From: Candidatus Thioglobus sp. REDSEA-S12_B1
GTDB lineage: Bacteria; Pseudomonadota; Gammaproteobacteria; PS1; Pseudothioglobaceae
Length of the DNA: 64,000 nt
Direction of reading: 5' to 3'
Assembly (NCBI GenBank): GCA_001628405.1
Contig: LURN01000025.1
Coordinates: 120-64,119, forward strand
Every line of letters begins with the position of its first letter. Position 1 is the stretch's first letter. The notes under the pieces are model-generated. The model made no database searches. It was given only the letters and a program-made list of their open reading frames with translations, and had not been told where the DNA came from. The position numbers and the translations under genes are program-made. Below, piece by piece: positions 40,051 to 49,908 of the stretch.

Positions 40051-40902
40051 TTGATCTATCAATCGCCCGCCAAAATAAATTTATTTCTCCATGTAATCTC
40101 CAAAAGAGATGATGGTTATCATAACCTTCAAACCATCTTTCAGCTATTAGATTTTGGGGATGAATTAAGATTTAATATCAGAAGTGATGGAGATATCGTT
40201 CGTATCTACGGTAATGAAAATATCCCTCAAGAACAAGATCTAATTATTCAAAGTGCTTACAAGTTAAAAGCAAGATTTTCTTGCAGTTTTGGTGCAGATA
40301 TAGGAGTCAAAAAAAATATTCCACCAGGTGGTGGGTTGGGTGGCGGTAGCTCAAATGCAGCAACAACTCTGATTGCCCTTAATCAGCTCTGGAATCTAAA
40401 ATTAACCAAAAAAGAGCTGGTTTCAATTGGAAAAGAGTTAGGTGCAGATGTCCCCGTTTTTATTGAAGGAAGAAGTTCATGGGCAGAAGGGATTGGCGAA
40501 ATTCTTACTCCACTCAATTTACCAGAATACTACTATTTGGTTGTTTCTATCAATAAACAAATATCCACACATGAAATATTCAGGCATAAAGCATTGACAA
40601 TGTCACCGCTACAAAGGAAAATAACTGACTTTTCATTAGTTTCAAATCCACATAACGACTGCTTGGATGCTGCAATTGACTTGGAAGGTGAGATAAAAGA
40701 TGCTTTGATGTATCTGAATTCAACCAAAAAGCATGTTGATGAAGCAAGAATGACAGGAAGTGGTTCATGTGTTTTCGTAGCATTTGAAAATGAAAGTGAT
40801 GCATTGATAGCTAAGAGACAAATGCCATCAAAATGGGTTGGTTTTGTCGCGAAAGCGATTGATAAATCACCACTATACAATTGGGATGTCGCCAAGCGGT
40901 AA
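40051..40902 (+). CDS. ispE: 4-diphosphocytidyl-2-C-methyl-D-erythritol kinase
   Basis: PAKINLFL, GYHNLQT, GGGLGGGSSNAA, GADVP and MTGSGSCVF. Confidence 0.96.
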   Translation: MIYQSPAKINLFLHVISKRDDGYHNLQTIFQLLDFGDELRFNIRSDGDIVRIYGNENIPQEQDLIIQSAYKLKARFSCSFGADIGVKKNIPPGGGLGGGSSNAATTLIALNQLWNLKLTKKELVSIGKELGADVPVFIEGRSSWAEGIGEILTPLNLPEYYYLVVSINKQISTHEIFRHKALTMSPLQRKITDFSLVSNPHNDCLDAAIDLEGEIKDALMYLNSTKKHVDEARMTGSGSCVFVAFENESDALIAKRQMPSKWVGFVAKAIDKSPLYNWDVAKR

Positions 40903-40956
40903 GGCAACGGGTTTTGATCCCGTCATTCGCAGGTTCGAATCCTGCCATCCCAGCCA
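40882..40956 (+). tRNA. tRNA-Gln (TTG)
   Basis: Acceptor TGGGATG/CATCCCA, D arm GCCAAGCGGTAAGGC, anticodon stem ACGGG/CCCGT with TTG, GGTTCGAATCC, encoded CCA. Confidence 0.97.
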
Positions 40957-41062
40957 ATTTTTTTGCAATTCTCCAACAGCACTTCTTCACCTATTAAACA
41001 CTTAAAATCTATTTAAACGGAGTAAAATTTTATTTTTTAATTACAAATAAATTTAACTAAAA

Positions 41063-41545
41063 GTGAGCATATATCAGTTTAATTTTAAAAATATTGATGG
41101 CGAAGAGGTTTCATTTAAAAGCCTCGAGGGAAAAGTAGTTCTAATTGTTAATACTGCTAGCCATTGTGGTTTAACTTATCATTACAAGGGCCTAGAAAGG
41201 CTATATCAAGACTATAAGGATGATGGATTTGAAATTATTGGTTTTCCATGCAATCAATTTGGCAAGCAAGAGCCAGGAACAGCAGATGAGATAAAAAGCT
41301 TTTGTGACCTTAATTATGGTGTTAGCTTTCAGTTATCTGAAAAAATTGAGGTTAATGGCACAAACGCTCATCCAGTCTATCAATACCTAAAATCTGAGCT
41401 AAAAGGTAAATTGAATGATAGCATCAAATGGAATTTTACTAAGTTTCTCGTTGATAGCAATGGAGTACCCTTTAAACGTTTTAGCTCAACAGTTGAACCT
41501 GAAGATATAAAGCCATTTATTGATCAACTTATTGGGAAAAAATAA
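41063..41545 (+). CDS. Glutathione peroxidase family protein (Cys type)
   Basis: NTASHCG, GFPCNQF..QEPG and IKWNFTKFL; GTG start. Confidence 0.95.
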   Translation: MSIYQFNFKNIDGEEVSFKSLEGKVVLIVNTASHCGLTYHYKGLERLYQDYKDDGFEIIGFPCNQFGKQEPGTADEIKSFCDLNYGVSFQLSEKIEVNGTNAHPVYQYLKSELKGKLNDSIKWNFTKFLVDSNGVPFKRFSSTVEPEDIKPFIDQLIGKK

Positions 41546-41634
41546 AAAAAACTTAAATAACGAGAAAAACTACTTAATTCAAGTACATAATTTCTTTGTA
41601 TAATTACACAAACATCCAATAAGAGTCTATTTAG

Positions 41635-42597
41635 ATGTCTTTAGAAAGAATAAAAATCTTTAGCGGTAACGCAAATCCTGAACTTTCTTCTGAAATTATT
41701 GATAATCTGAATATAAGCCAAAGTAAGGCTTTTGTTGGCCAATTTAGTGATGGTGAATCTCAGGTAGAAATTCTTGATAACGTTCGCGGTTGTGATGTTT
41801 TTGTTATTCAACCAACATGCGGTCCTTCGTCTGCAGAGACTTTAATGGAGCTATTGATAATGGTTGACGCGCTCAAACGTTCATCTGCAGGAAGAATAAC
41901 AGCTGTTGTTCCTTACCTTGGTTATTCAAGGCAAGACAGACGATCCCGCCTTACAAGAGTTCCAATAACAGCAAAACTCGTAGCACAAATGATTGAAACA
42001 TCAGGTGTTAACCGAATTCTAACTATGGATCTTCACGCAGACCAAATTCAAGGCTTCTTCAACATACCAATAGATAACATTTATGCTCAACCAGTTCTGG
42101 TGCAGGACATATTAGATCATAACTATGATGATGTTGTTGTGGTATCTCCTGATGTTGGAGGTGTTGCAAGAGCCCGAGCTGCGGCAAAAAGAATTAATGA
42201 TGCTGATCTTGCTATCATTGACAAAAGGCGCCCAGAGCCTAACCTTGTAAGAGTCATGAATGTAATTGGTGATGTATCTGGGAGAACATGCATTATGATT
42301 GATGATATGGTTGATACTGCAGGCACACTCTGTCAGGCAGCTGAAATTTTGAAAGAAAAAGGCGCTAAAAAGGTGGTTGCTTATGCCACTCATGCTGTTC
42401 TTTCAGGTGGCGCTATAGATAATATTTCCAATTCGACGCTTGATGAACTAGTCATTACAAATACCATCCCTTTGAATGGAAATGCAAACAAATGCAACAA
42501 AATAAGACAACTGTCAATCGCTAAAACGCTTGCAGATGTAATTCGAAGAATCAGTGATGAGCAATCTATAAGTAAAATTTTTGCTGAATCTAACTAA
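41635..42597 (+). CDS. prs: Ribose-phosphate pyrophosphokinase
   Basis: [29 protein letters not shown] and DDMVDTAGT. Confidence 0.97.
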   Translation: MSLERIKIFSGNANPELSSEIIDNLNISQSKAFVGQFSDGESQVEILDNVRGCDVFVIQPTCGPSSAETLMELLIMVDALKRSSAGRITAVVPYLGYSRQDRRSRLTRVPITAKLVAQMIETSGVNRILTMDLHADQIQGFFNIPIDNIYAQPVLVQDILDHNYDDVVVVSPDVGGVARARAAAKRINDADLAIIDKRRPEPNLVRVMNVIGDVSGRTCIMIDDMVDTAGTLCQAAEILKEKGAKKVVAYATHAVLSGGAIDNISNSTLDELVITNTIPLNGNANKCNKIRQLSIAKTLADVIRRISDEQSISKIFAESN

Positions 42598-42685
42598 AAC
42601 ATAGCTCTACCACTAGTCAATTATTGACTAAAAAATATTTTACGAATTAGGTATAATTCGACCTCTGTTTTTAAAAAACAATACT

Positions 42686-44554
42686 ATGAAGACAACTACT
42701 GAAGCTCATAAAATCGCCCTTAATAGTCTTATTGTCATTGGAAAAGAACAAGGCTATCTTACTTATTCAGAAATTAATGACCTTTTACCAGAGGATTTAT
42801 TGACTCCTGAGCAGGTAGAACCAATTGTAACTATTCTTGAAGAGTTAGATATTGTTGTAGCTGACGAAGCACCTGATGCTGATACGTTGGTTATGCACCA
42901 AGGCGGTAAAGCCGAGGCAAATTCAGCAGAAGTTGCAGTTGCTGCACTTGCTGCACTTGATTCAGAATTTGGAAGAACAACTGATCCTGTCAGAATGTAT
43001 ATGCGTGAAATGGGCGTTGTTGAACTTTTAGAACAAAGTGATGAAGTTAGAATCGCAAAGGAAATTGAAGCTGGTGTCTATCAAATCATGCAAGCAATAT
43101 CTCTATACCCTGAGATTGCAGATCACTTCTTTAAGGCTTACACAAGACTTGAGGAAGGTAAATGTAAAATGACTGATGTAGTTATCGGCTACCAAGGAGA
43201 TGCTGAAGAGTTTGAAGAAAAACAAGCACTTATTGTGGAAAAGCAAGCGCTCCTTGATGAAAAACAAGCAAAATTAGAGTCGTTAGATCTAGATGATGAT
43301 GTTGATGAGCTAGATGAGGATGAGGAAGAATTTGATGAGTTAGAATATACAGGGCCTGACGAGGGTGAAGTATATGAGCGCTTTGATAAAATACAAAAAT
43401 CTTATAAAAGCTATGTCAATTCTTGCAAAAAGAATGGCTATCTTGATGCTAAGACAGTTAAAGCAAGACAAAAATTCTCAAACTGTATTTCAGAGCTAAG
43501 ACTTGCTCCAAAACTTGTTAGCACAATGATGGATGTAGTTTCTAGTCGTGTTTCTGTGATTAAAAAGGAAGAAAATATAATACGCAAGGCATGTCTTGAT
43601 GCAGGAATGGCTTCAGAACTTTTTTATAAGTTATTCCCTGGGAACGAAACTAACTTTGATTGGCTCAAAAGCAAAGAGATTGACAAAACAACATTAAAAT
43701 CTCTAGAAAAATACAAGGATGAGATTTACTATTCTCAAAAAAGCCTCTTAGAAAACCAGGAAGCGATGCAAATAACTGTCGGAGAACTTAAAGAAATCAA
43801 CAAAAAACTGAGACAAGGCGACAGGAAAGCTAAAAATGCGAAGAGTCAAATGATTGAAGCTAATTTAAGACTTGTAATTTCAATTGCAAAAAAATATGCA
43901 AACCGTGGCTTGCAATTCTTGGATCTGATTCAGGAAGGAAATGTTGGCCTTATGAAAGCAGTTGATAAATTCGAGTATCGTCGTGGATATAAGTTTTCAA
44001 CTTATGCAACCTGGTGGATTCGTCAAGCTATTACAAGGTCCATTGCTGATCAGGCTCGTACTATCAGAATACCGGTTCACATGATTGAGACAATCAATAA
44101 GCTTAATAGAGTTAGGCGCCAATTACTTCAAAGATTTGGAAGAGAAGCCACGCCTGAAGAGCTCTCTGTAGAAATGGAGCTACCAGAATATAAAATAAAT
44201 AAGATTCTTAAGATTGCTAAAGAGCCACTTTCAATGGAAAATCCTGTTGGTGATGATGAAGACTCTACAATAGGTGATTTTATTGAAGATGAAAAATTGT
44301 CCTCACCCGTTGAGGTAACTACTCGTGAAAGTTTAAAAGAAACTACTGGCGATCTTCTTGCTAATTTATCACCTAGAGAAGCTAAAGTACTTAAGATGAG
44401 GTTTGGAATCGATATGAGCACTGACCATACACTCGAGGAAGTGGGAAGACAATTTGATGTTACGCGTGAAAGAATAAGACAAATTGAAGCAAAAGCACTT
44501 AGGAAATTGCGTCACCCGTCTCGTGCACATAAGCTTCAAAGCTTTTTAGAATAG
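42686..44554 (+). CDS. rpoD: RNA polymerase primary sigma factor sigma70
   Basis: Region 1.1, [11 protein letters not shown], acidic [29 protein letters not shown] and TRERIRQIE. Confidence 0.98.
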   Translation: MKTTTEAHKIALNSLIVIGKEQGYLTYSEINDLLPEDLLTPEQVEPIVTILEELDIVVADEAPDADTLVMHQGGKAEANSAEVAVAALAALDSEFGRTTDPVRMYMREMGVVELLEQSDEVRIAKEIEAGVYQIMQAISLYPEIADHFFKAYTRLEEGKCKMTDVVIGYQGDAEEFEEKQALIVEKQALLDEKQAKLESLDLDDDVDELDEDEEEFDELEYTGPDEGEVYERFDKIQKSYKSYVNSCKKNGYLDAKTVKARQKFSNCISELRLAPKLVSTMMDVVSSRVSVIKKEENIIRKACLDAGMASELFYKLFPGNETNFDWLKSKEIDKTTLKSLEKYKDEIYYSQKSLLENQEAMQITVGELKEINKKLRQGDRKAKNAKSQMIEANLRLVISIAKKYANRGLQFLDLIQEGNVGLMKAVDKFEYRRGYKFSTYATWWIRQAITRSIADQARTIRIPVHMIETINKLNRVRRQLLQRFGREATPEELSVEMELPEYKINKILKIAKEPLSMENPVGDDEDSTIGDFIEDEKLSSPVEVTTRESLKETTGDLLANLSPREAKVLKMRFGIDMSTDHTLEEVGRQFDVTRERIRQIEAKALRKLRHPSRAHKLQSFLE

Positions 44555-44564
44555 CTCTTTACCC

Positions 44565-44641
44565 GGGCCTATAGCTCAGTTGGTTAGAGCAGTCGACTCA
44601 TAATCGATTGGTCCTTGGTTCAAGTCCAAGTAGGCCCACCA
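44565..44641 (+). tRNA. tRNA-Ile2 (CAT, lysidine-modified); tRNA-Met is less likely
   Basis: Acceptor GGGCCTA/TAGGCCC, anticodon loop CTCATAA, GGTTCAAGTCC, CCA; position after rpoD as for ileX; lacks initiator features. Confidence 0.9.
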
Positions 44642-44647
44642 AATATT

Positions 44648-44676
44648 AAAAAAACCTAGCTAGGCTAGGTTTTTTT
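44648..44676. terminator. Bidirectional intrinsic terminator
   Basis: A7-CCTAGC-TAG-GCTAGG-T7 between the tRNA and the convergent pepE. Confidence 0.8.
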
Positions 44677-44697
44677 ATGTACTTTGCTTTAAAATCT

Positions 44698-45393
44698 TTA
44701 TAGGTATTTGGGCTCAATAATTGATTCTCTAATAGAACCATCATTATTACTCACATAATATGCTTTAGCGTTGGGTAAAGAGGAAACGCATTGTTTAAGC
44801 TCACCATCAACAAAGTGAGCCGCAACGCCATCATCACACGCTATACCTTCCATCATAGAGCCATTTAAAATTGCTTTATGATATTCTGGTCTTCGATTAG
44901 GTTCACTATCAAAATGTGGGCAGTTACTGTTCGGCAAAAAACCTAAACAATCCAGTGGCAATAATTTTCCAGTCACTGAGTCTGTTAATCCTTTTTCGAA
45001 CCAGCAAATTGAGCCTGCACTCAGGCCTGCCATAATTGCACCTTTATTCCAAGCCTCAAGTAAATATTCATCGAGACCCCACTCTCTCCAAAGAACCATA
45101 AGATTGCGCGTATTCCCGCCACCAACATAAAATATATCTTTATCAAGAACAAACTCTCTTAAATCTCCTTCTGGAGGCCAGAATAGTGAAAGATGGCTCG
45201 TCTCACAGTTTAATTTTTTGTAAGAAGAATAAAACCTTCTTCTATAGCTTTCATCGTCCCCACTTGCTGTTGGTATAAAACATACTTTTGGATTTATTTT
45301 GTCGGTTAAGGATAAAAGATACTTATCTAACTTCAGGTTTTCAGGTTTTGAAGTGAAGCCTCCACCGCCCATAGCTAAAACTTGTTTTTTCAT
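44698..45393 (-). CDS. pepE: Peptidase E / S51 family dipeptidase
   Basis: FIPTASGD, YVGGGNT, GLSAGS nucleophile elbow and CPHFD. Confidence 0.88.
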   Translation of the reverse strand: MKKQVLAMGGGGFTSKPENLKLDKYLLSLTDKINPKVCFIPTASGDDESYRRRFYSSYKKLNCETSHLSLFWPPEGDLREFVLDKDIFYVGGGNTRNLMVLWREWGLDEYLLEAWNKGAIMAGLSAGSICWFEKGLTDSVTGKLLPLDCLGFLPNSNCPHFDSEPNRRPEYHKAILNGSMMEGIACDDGVAAHFVDGELKQCVSSLPNAKAYYVSNNDGSIRESIIEPKYL

Positions 45394-45471
45394 GTTTAAT
45401 TTTTAAAATATCATAAAGCAAATAAATTTTACTTAAGATTCAAGTGGACAAAAAATAAATATGATACTCAA

Positions 45472-45480
45472 TGCTATAAT
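45472..45480 (+). promoter_or_regulatory. Extended -10 element for cysQ (possibly a leaderless or very short leader transcript)
   Basis: TGcTATAAT ending 6 nt before the ATG at 45487; no obvious Shine-Dalgarno in between. Confidence 0.4.
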
Positions 45481-45486
45481 GATTAT

Positions 45487-46242
45487 ATGAGCCCAGAATT
45501 ACTCGCAAAGCTTCTTAATCTTAGTTCTCAAGCTGGTGAAATAATTATGGATTTTCGTAAGAAAAGTCCTGATTATTTAATTAAAGATGACAATACACCA
45601 CTCACACAAGCTGATAAAGCATCACACGAGTTTTTATTGAATGAGCTAACAAAATTAACTCCAAATACTCCTATTCTCTCGGAGGAGTCGTCTCATATTC
45701 CATTCTCTATCAGAGAGTCCTGGGAAGAGTACTGGTTAATCGATCCTTTGGATGGAACCCGAGACTTTATAGATGGCTCTCCTGACTTTTGCATCAGTAT
45801 TGCTTTGATTAAAAATCACTATCCAGACTTTGGATTAATTTATTCACCATTTGATAAAGTTCACTACTATCGATTAAATCAAGGCCCCTCAATCAAATTA
45901 GTGAATAAACAAACACAAAAAATCCTTACATCAAAACCTAAAAGATGGGAAAAAATAGTAGTTGGAAGATACTCAATCAATAATAAAAATCTTAAAGAAC
46001 ATCTTAAATTAAAAACCAATTTTGAAACTTTTAAACTTGGGAGTGCGCTGAAGTTTTGCCTAATCGCTGAAGGAGTCTATCACTATTATCCAAAATTTGG
46101 ACGCTGCTCCGAATGGGACACAGCAGCCGGCATATGTATACTCGAGGGATCAGGTGGAAGAGTGGTTGATCTGGAGAATAAGGCCTTAAAGTTTAATTTA
46201 ACTGATGATATTATCAGTCCTTCCTTTATAGCAACTGCCTAA
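45487..46242 (+). CDS. cysQ: 3'(2'),5'-bisphosphate nucleotidase
   Basis: TPLTQAD, SEE, WLIDPLDGTRDF, GSALKFCLIAEG and EWDTAAG. Confidence 0.93.
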   Translation: MSPELLAKLLNLSSQAGEIIMDFRKKSPDYLIKDDNTPLTQADKASHEFLLNELTKLTPNTPILSEESSHIPFSIRESWEEYWLIDPLDGTRDFIDGSPDFCISIALIKNHYPDFGLIYSPFDKVHYYRLNQGPSIKLVNKQTQKILTSKPKRWEKIVVGRYSINNKNLKEHLKLKTNFETFKLGSALKFCLIAEGVYHYYPKFGRCSEWDTAAGICILEGSGGRVVDLENKALKFNLTDDIISPSFIATA

Positions 46243-47063
46243 TTTAAAAACCTTAATGATAAATCTATCGATTTAATATCTTTTGTGAGTGAGCCAATAG
46301 AAATAAAGTCAACGCCCGTTTCAGCATATTGCAAAATGTTATTTTCATTCATACCTCCAGAGGCCTCGAGCGGGTATATTCCGCTTGAAATCTTAACAGC
46401 CTCCCTGAGATCTTCAATGGAAAAATTATCACACAATACACGATTAATATCTCTCATTGAAAGAGCAGATTGAAGCTCATGAAGAGATTCAACCTCAACG
46501 ATTATAGGTATTTTAGGGAATTTATTAACAGCATTTTTTATGGAGGCTTCAAGAGAACCAATTGCTAAAATATGGTTCTCTTTTAACATAACACAATCAT
46601 ACAGACCCATTCTATGATTGACTCCGCCGCCGCACTTTACAGCATACTTTTGGGCCCTTCTAAGGCCTGGTATTGTTTTTCTTGTATCAAGTAATTTTGC
46701 TTTAGTTCCTCGGATCAATCTTACCAGTTCAGCCGTTTTAGTAGATGTTGCACTTAGTAATTGTAAAAAATTAAGCGCTACTCTCTCAGCAGCAACTATA
46801 TTTTTTGCGGGCCCACTAATTCGACATATCACTTCTCCAGAGTTCACCTCAGAACCATCGGCAACACTCCAATCAATTTGAATATTTCGATCAATTGATA
46901 AAAAACATAGGTTGGCAAATTCAACCCCGCATATAACAGCATTCTCTCTACAAACTATCTCAGCATCTATCATTTTATCTCCAAGCAAACTTGAAGTTAA
47001 ATCTCCATCTCCAATGTCTTCTGAGATTGCTAATTGAACTATTTTTTCGATATCACTTTTCAT
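46239..47063 (-). CDS. nadC: Nicotinate-nucleotide diphosphorylase (quinolinate PRTase)
   Basis: EDIGDGD, ERVALN, DTRKTIPG, HRMGL, KENH and EASGG. Confidence 0.96.
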   Translation of the reverse strand: MKSDIEKIVQLAISEDIGDGDLTSSLLGDKMIDAEIVCRENAVICGVEFANLCFLSIDRNIQIDWSVADGSEVNSGEVICRISGPAKNIVAAERVALNFLQLLSATSTKTAELVRLIRGTKAKLLDTRKTIPGLRRAQKYAVKCGGGVNHRMGLYDCVMLKENHILAIGSLEASIKNAVNKFPKIPIIVEVESLHELQSALSMRDINRVLCDNFSIEDLREAVKISSGIYPLEASGGMNENNILQYAETGVDFISIGSLTKDIKSIDLSLRFLN

Positions 47064-48141
47064 TTATAAAATTAATAATTGCCTCAACTGATTTAGAGCT
47101 TGATTGTTGATTCAATAGGTTATGAATCTTTGCTAATTCTTGAACAAGTTCTGTATTGTCTGACTCTAATAATTTCATAGCATGTCTAGAGATATTCTCT
47201 CCATTGGCATCATCTTGAATCAATTCTGGAACAACACTACGTCCCAATATTTTATTTGGAAGAGATATCTCTTTGGTGTGAATCAGTCTGCTGGCAATCT
47301 GGTAACTAAGAAAAGACAGCTTATAGACTACAATCATTGGTACAGCCAATAATCCAACCTCAAGGGCTGCAGTTCCGGAAGCGACAATAACTAAATCAGA
47401 ATTACAAATTTTTGTATGTGCGTCACCTACACTAAGGCCTATATCTTGCCCATCAATACTATTTTTAACCCAGTCTAATTGCTGATTGTTTGCAAGAGAA
47501 ATATTAAAAATAAGTTCTTCATTTTTATCTTTCATCAATTTAGCTGCTTTAAGCAACTCTGGCAACAAATGTCTAATCTCTGATTCTCTAGAGCCAGGCA
47601 TTAAAAGGACATTTTTAGTAGACTTATAATCTTGCCTGGGCTCTAAAGTTTCGGCTAATGGATGCCCAACAAAGATTGCTTTTTGATTATGTTTTCTAAA
47701 GAAATCAACTTCAAAAGGAAACAGGCATAGAATTAAGTCTGTTGACTTTTTAATTTTTTTAATTCTATTTGAGCGCCAGGCCCAGACAGATGGGCTGATA
47801 AAATGAATCGTTTTAACACCATTTTTCTTTAGAATTCTCTCTAACCTAAAATTAAAGTCAGGTGAATCAATGCCAATAAAAACATCGGGCTTATTTGATA
47901 GGTAGTGTTTAGAAATGAGTTTTCTTAGCTTTAAGATAGATGGTAACTTTCTCAAAACTTCACTAAAGCCCATTACATTGACTTCATTCATGTGCCACAA
48001 TCTTTGGCAACCTGCATCAACCATCTTGTCCCCAGCCAAACCATCAATCAGACAATTTGGGTGATTTTGCTTTAAAGCAACTACAAGTGATGAGGCAATC
48101 AAATCACCTGAAGTTTCTGCAGCACTGAGGGCAATCTTCAT
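47053..48141 (-). CDS. lpxB: Lipid-A-disaccharide synthase
   Basis: ETSGD, IDSPDFN, SPSVWAWR, FVGHPL, PGSR and SGTAALE. Confidence 0.95.
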   Translation of the reverse strand: MKIALSAAETSGDLIASSLVVALKQNHPNCLIDGLAGDKMVDAGCQRLWHMNEVNVMGFSEVLRKLPSILKLRKLISKHYLSNKPDVFIGIDSPDFNFRLERILKKNGVKTIHFISPSVWAWRSNRIKKIKKSTDLILCLFPFEVDFFRKHNQKAIFVGHPLAETLEPRQDYKSTKNVLLMPGSRESEIRHLLPELLKAAKLMKDKNEELIFNISLANNQQLDWVKNSIDGQDIGLSVGDAHTKICNSDLVIVASGTAALEVGLLAVPMIVVYKLSFLSYQIASRLIHTKEISLPNKILGRSVVPELIQDDANGENISRHAMKLLESDNTELVQELAKIHNLLNQQSSSKSVEAIINFINEK

Positions 48142-48191
48142 TTCAATTATATTTACAAGGACATATTAAACTTTATTAAGCTCTTAAAATA

Positions 48192-48491
48192 TTAAGATCT
48201 AGGTAAGATAATATCAGGGTTATCATCAAAAGGCCTGTAAATAACCATGACCCCACCGATAACTTGAACTAATTCTGCATGAGAAAAATCTATGATTCGC
48301 TCAATAATTTTTTGTTTCTCATCACGATCATCCACTCGTAACTTAATTTTTATTAACTCATGTTTGAGCATTGTAGAATCAATTTCAGCCAATACTGAAT
48401 CACTGAGGCCATGTTGACCAATCATCACAAACGGTTTCAAATCATGAGCAATGGATCTTAAATATTTTTTTTGATTATTGGTTAGTGTCAT
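48192..48491 (-). CDS. yhbY: Ribosome assembly RNA-binding protein (CRM domain)
   Basis: LTNNQKKYLRSIAHDLKP, IGQHGL, HELIKIK and QVIG; start placed at ATG 48491. Confidence 0.93.
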   Translation of the reverse strand: MTLTNNQKKYLRSIAHDLKPFVMIGQHGLSDSVLAEIDSTMLKHELIKIKLRVDDRDEKQKIIERIIDFSHAELVQVIGGVMVIYRPFDDNPDIILPRS

Positions 48492-49731
48492 CTTCAAATA
48501 AACTCTCATTCTCAAAAAGAGACTCTATGGTTTCTCTTTTTCGAACTAAACTATGATGCTTACCGCTAATCATTACCTCTGGAACCCTTGGCCTAGAATT
48601 ATAGTTAGAACTGAGAACAAAGCCGTAAGCGCCAGCTGTCATGATTGCAATATAATCTCCTTTTTCTAAAGTAAGATTTCTGTTTTTTGCTAAAAAATCC
48701 GCAGACTCACAAACTGGTCCAACAATATCCCAATTATCATTTATGCCAATCGAGTTATCATCAATTAAGACAGCTTGGTGAAATGACTCATAAAGAGAAG
48801 GTCTAATTAAATCATTCATTGCACCATCAACAATTGCGAAAGATTTCAGATTATTTCGCTTCAAGTACTCTACTCTTGTTACAAATATTCCAGCATTAGC
48901 AACAATTGAACGGCCAGGCTCAACTAGTATCTTCATCTCTTTGGCCCTATTGGTTACAGAATTCAAATAGTCTTCAATATTGATGATTTTTTCATCATCA
49001 TAGCTAACTCCAACTCCACCACCAATGTCCAGGTGCTCAACTAATATATTTTCAGATTTTAGTTTTTCGACAAGCTCTAATGCGCGCTCTAGCGCCTCGA
49101 TGAAAGGAGCTATTTCAGTGATTTGAGATCCAATATGATAATCCAGTCCACAAACTTTTAAACTATCGGATAAAGCTGCCTTTTTGTACATTGATAGGGC
49201 AACATCAGCATCCACACCAAACTTATTTTCAGCAAGTCCTGTAGAAATATAAGGATGAGTATTTGCATCTACATTAGGGTTTACCCTTACAGAAATAGGA
49301 GCCACCGCATTCATGGAGGAAGCAACAAACTCAATACGATCTAACTCATCTTCAGACTCAACATTAAAGCAATAAATTCCATATTCAAGAGCTTTTTGAA
49401 TTGAGATTTCATCTTTTGCAACCCCTGAAAAAACACATTTTTTTGCATCTCCTCCTGCCGCAATAACCCTCTCTAACTCACCCAATGAAACGATATCAAA
49501 TCCAGACCCTAGCTTTGCAAGAATGTTTAACACTGCCAAGTTAGAGTTTGCTTTTACTGCATAACAGATTAAGTACGGATGATCTCCAAAAGATTTTTTG
49601 AATAGCCCCCAATTAGTCTCTATCTGACCTTTTGAGTAGATGTAAAGTGGCGAACCATAGGATCTTATTAAGTCTGAAACAGGAACAGACTCAGCATACA
49701 GTTTTTTATTTTGAAAATTGAATGCGTTCAA
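48475..49731 (-). CDS. lysA: Diaminopimelate decarboxylase
   Basis: YAVKANSN (PLP Lys), HIGSQI, DIGGG, EPGRSIV, GPVCESAD and GAYG. Confidence 0.96.
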   Translation of the reverse strand: MNAFNFQNKKLYAESVPVSDLIRSYGSPLYIYSKGQIETNWGLFKKSFGDHPYLICYAVKANSNLAVLNILAKLGSGFDIVSLGELERVIAAGGDAKKCVFSGVAKDEISIQKALEYGIYCFNVESEDELDRIEFVASSMNAVAPISVRVNPNVDANTHPYISTGLAENKFGVDADVALSMYKKAALSDSLKVCGLDYHIGSQITEIAPFIEALERALELVEKLKSENILVEHLDIGGGVGVSYDDEKIINIEDYLNSVTNRAKEMKILVEPGRSIVANAGIFVTRVEYLKRNNLKSFAIVDGAMNDLIRPSLYESFHQAVLIDDNSIGINDNWDIVGPVCESADFLAKNRNLTLEKGDYIAIMTAGAYGFVLSSNYNSRPRVPEVMISGKHHSLVRKRETIESLFENESLFEDDTNQ

Positions 49732-49739
49732 TTGTTTTA

Positions 49740-49877
49740 TTACGAGTAACTACTAGAATTTGATTGAACAGAGGCTACCTGTGACTCATTGATCGGTACT
49801 AAATCACCCATTCGACCACACGCAGATAAAGTTATTACAAGCGAAACAAGTAAAATAAATTTAATTGGGTTTCTCAT
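49740..49877 (-). CDS. Small lipoprotein, LptM/YifL/LppL-like (45 aa; not in the ORF track)
   Basis: Hand translation MRNPIKFILLVSLVITLSACGRMGDLVPINESQVASVQSNSSSYS*; lipobox LSAC plus CGxxGxL; directly upstream of lysA. Confidence 0.8.
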   Translation of the reverse strand: MRNPIKFILLVSLVITLSACGRMGDLVPINESQVASVQSNSSSYS

Positions 49878-49908
49878 AGCCCACCCTCACTTTGTCAAAG
49901 TTATCATT

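Noticed and set aside
41063-41545. Selenocysteine in the glutathione peroxidase
   Set aside because: The active-site codon is TGT (Cys); there is no in-frame TGA.
40882-41634. Genomic island integrated at tRNA-Gln
   Set aside because: No duplicated tRNA 3' end (attR) and no integrase; only one extra gene is present.
42614-42657. TTGACT...TATAAT as a canonical rpoD promoter
   Set aside because: The spacer is 22 nt, too long; the TAGTCAA-TTA-TTGACTA palindrome is weak and AT-rich, so it was not called as a terminator or operator.
44565-44641. Initiator or elongator tRNA-Met
   Set aside because: The first acceptor pair is G-C and the anticodon stem lacks the three G-C pairs of tRNA-fMet; the GGGCCTA acceptor and the position after rpoD fit Ile2. 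Not formally proven without a covariance-model run.
44565-45486. Genomic island integrated at tRNA-Ile2
   Set aside because: The tRNA is followed by a terminator and a single pepE gene; no direct repeat or mobility gene was found.
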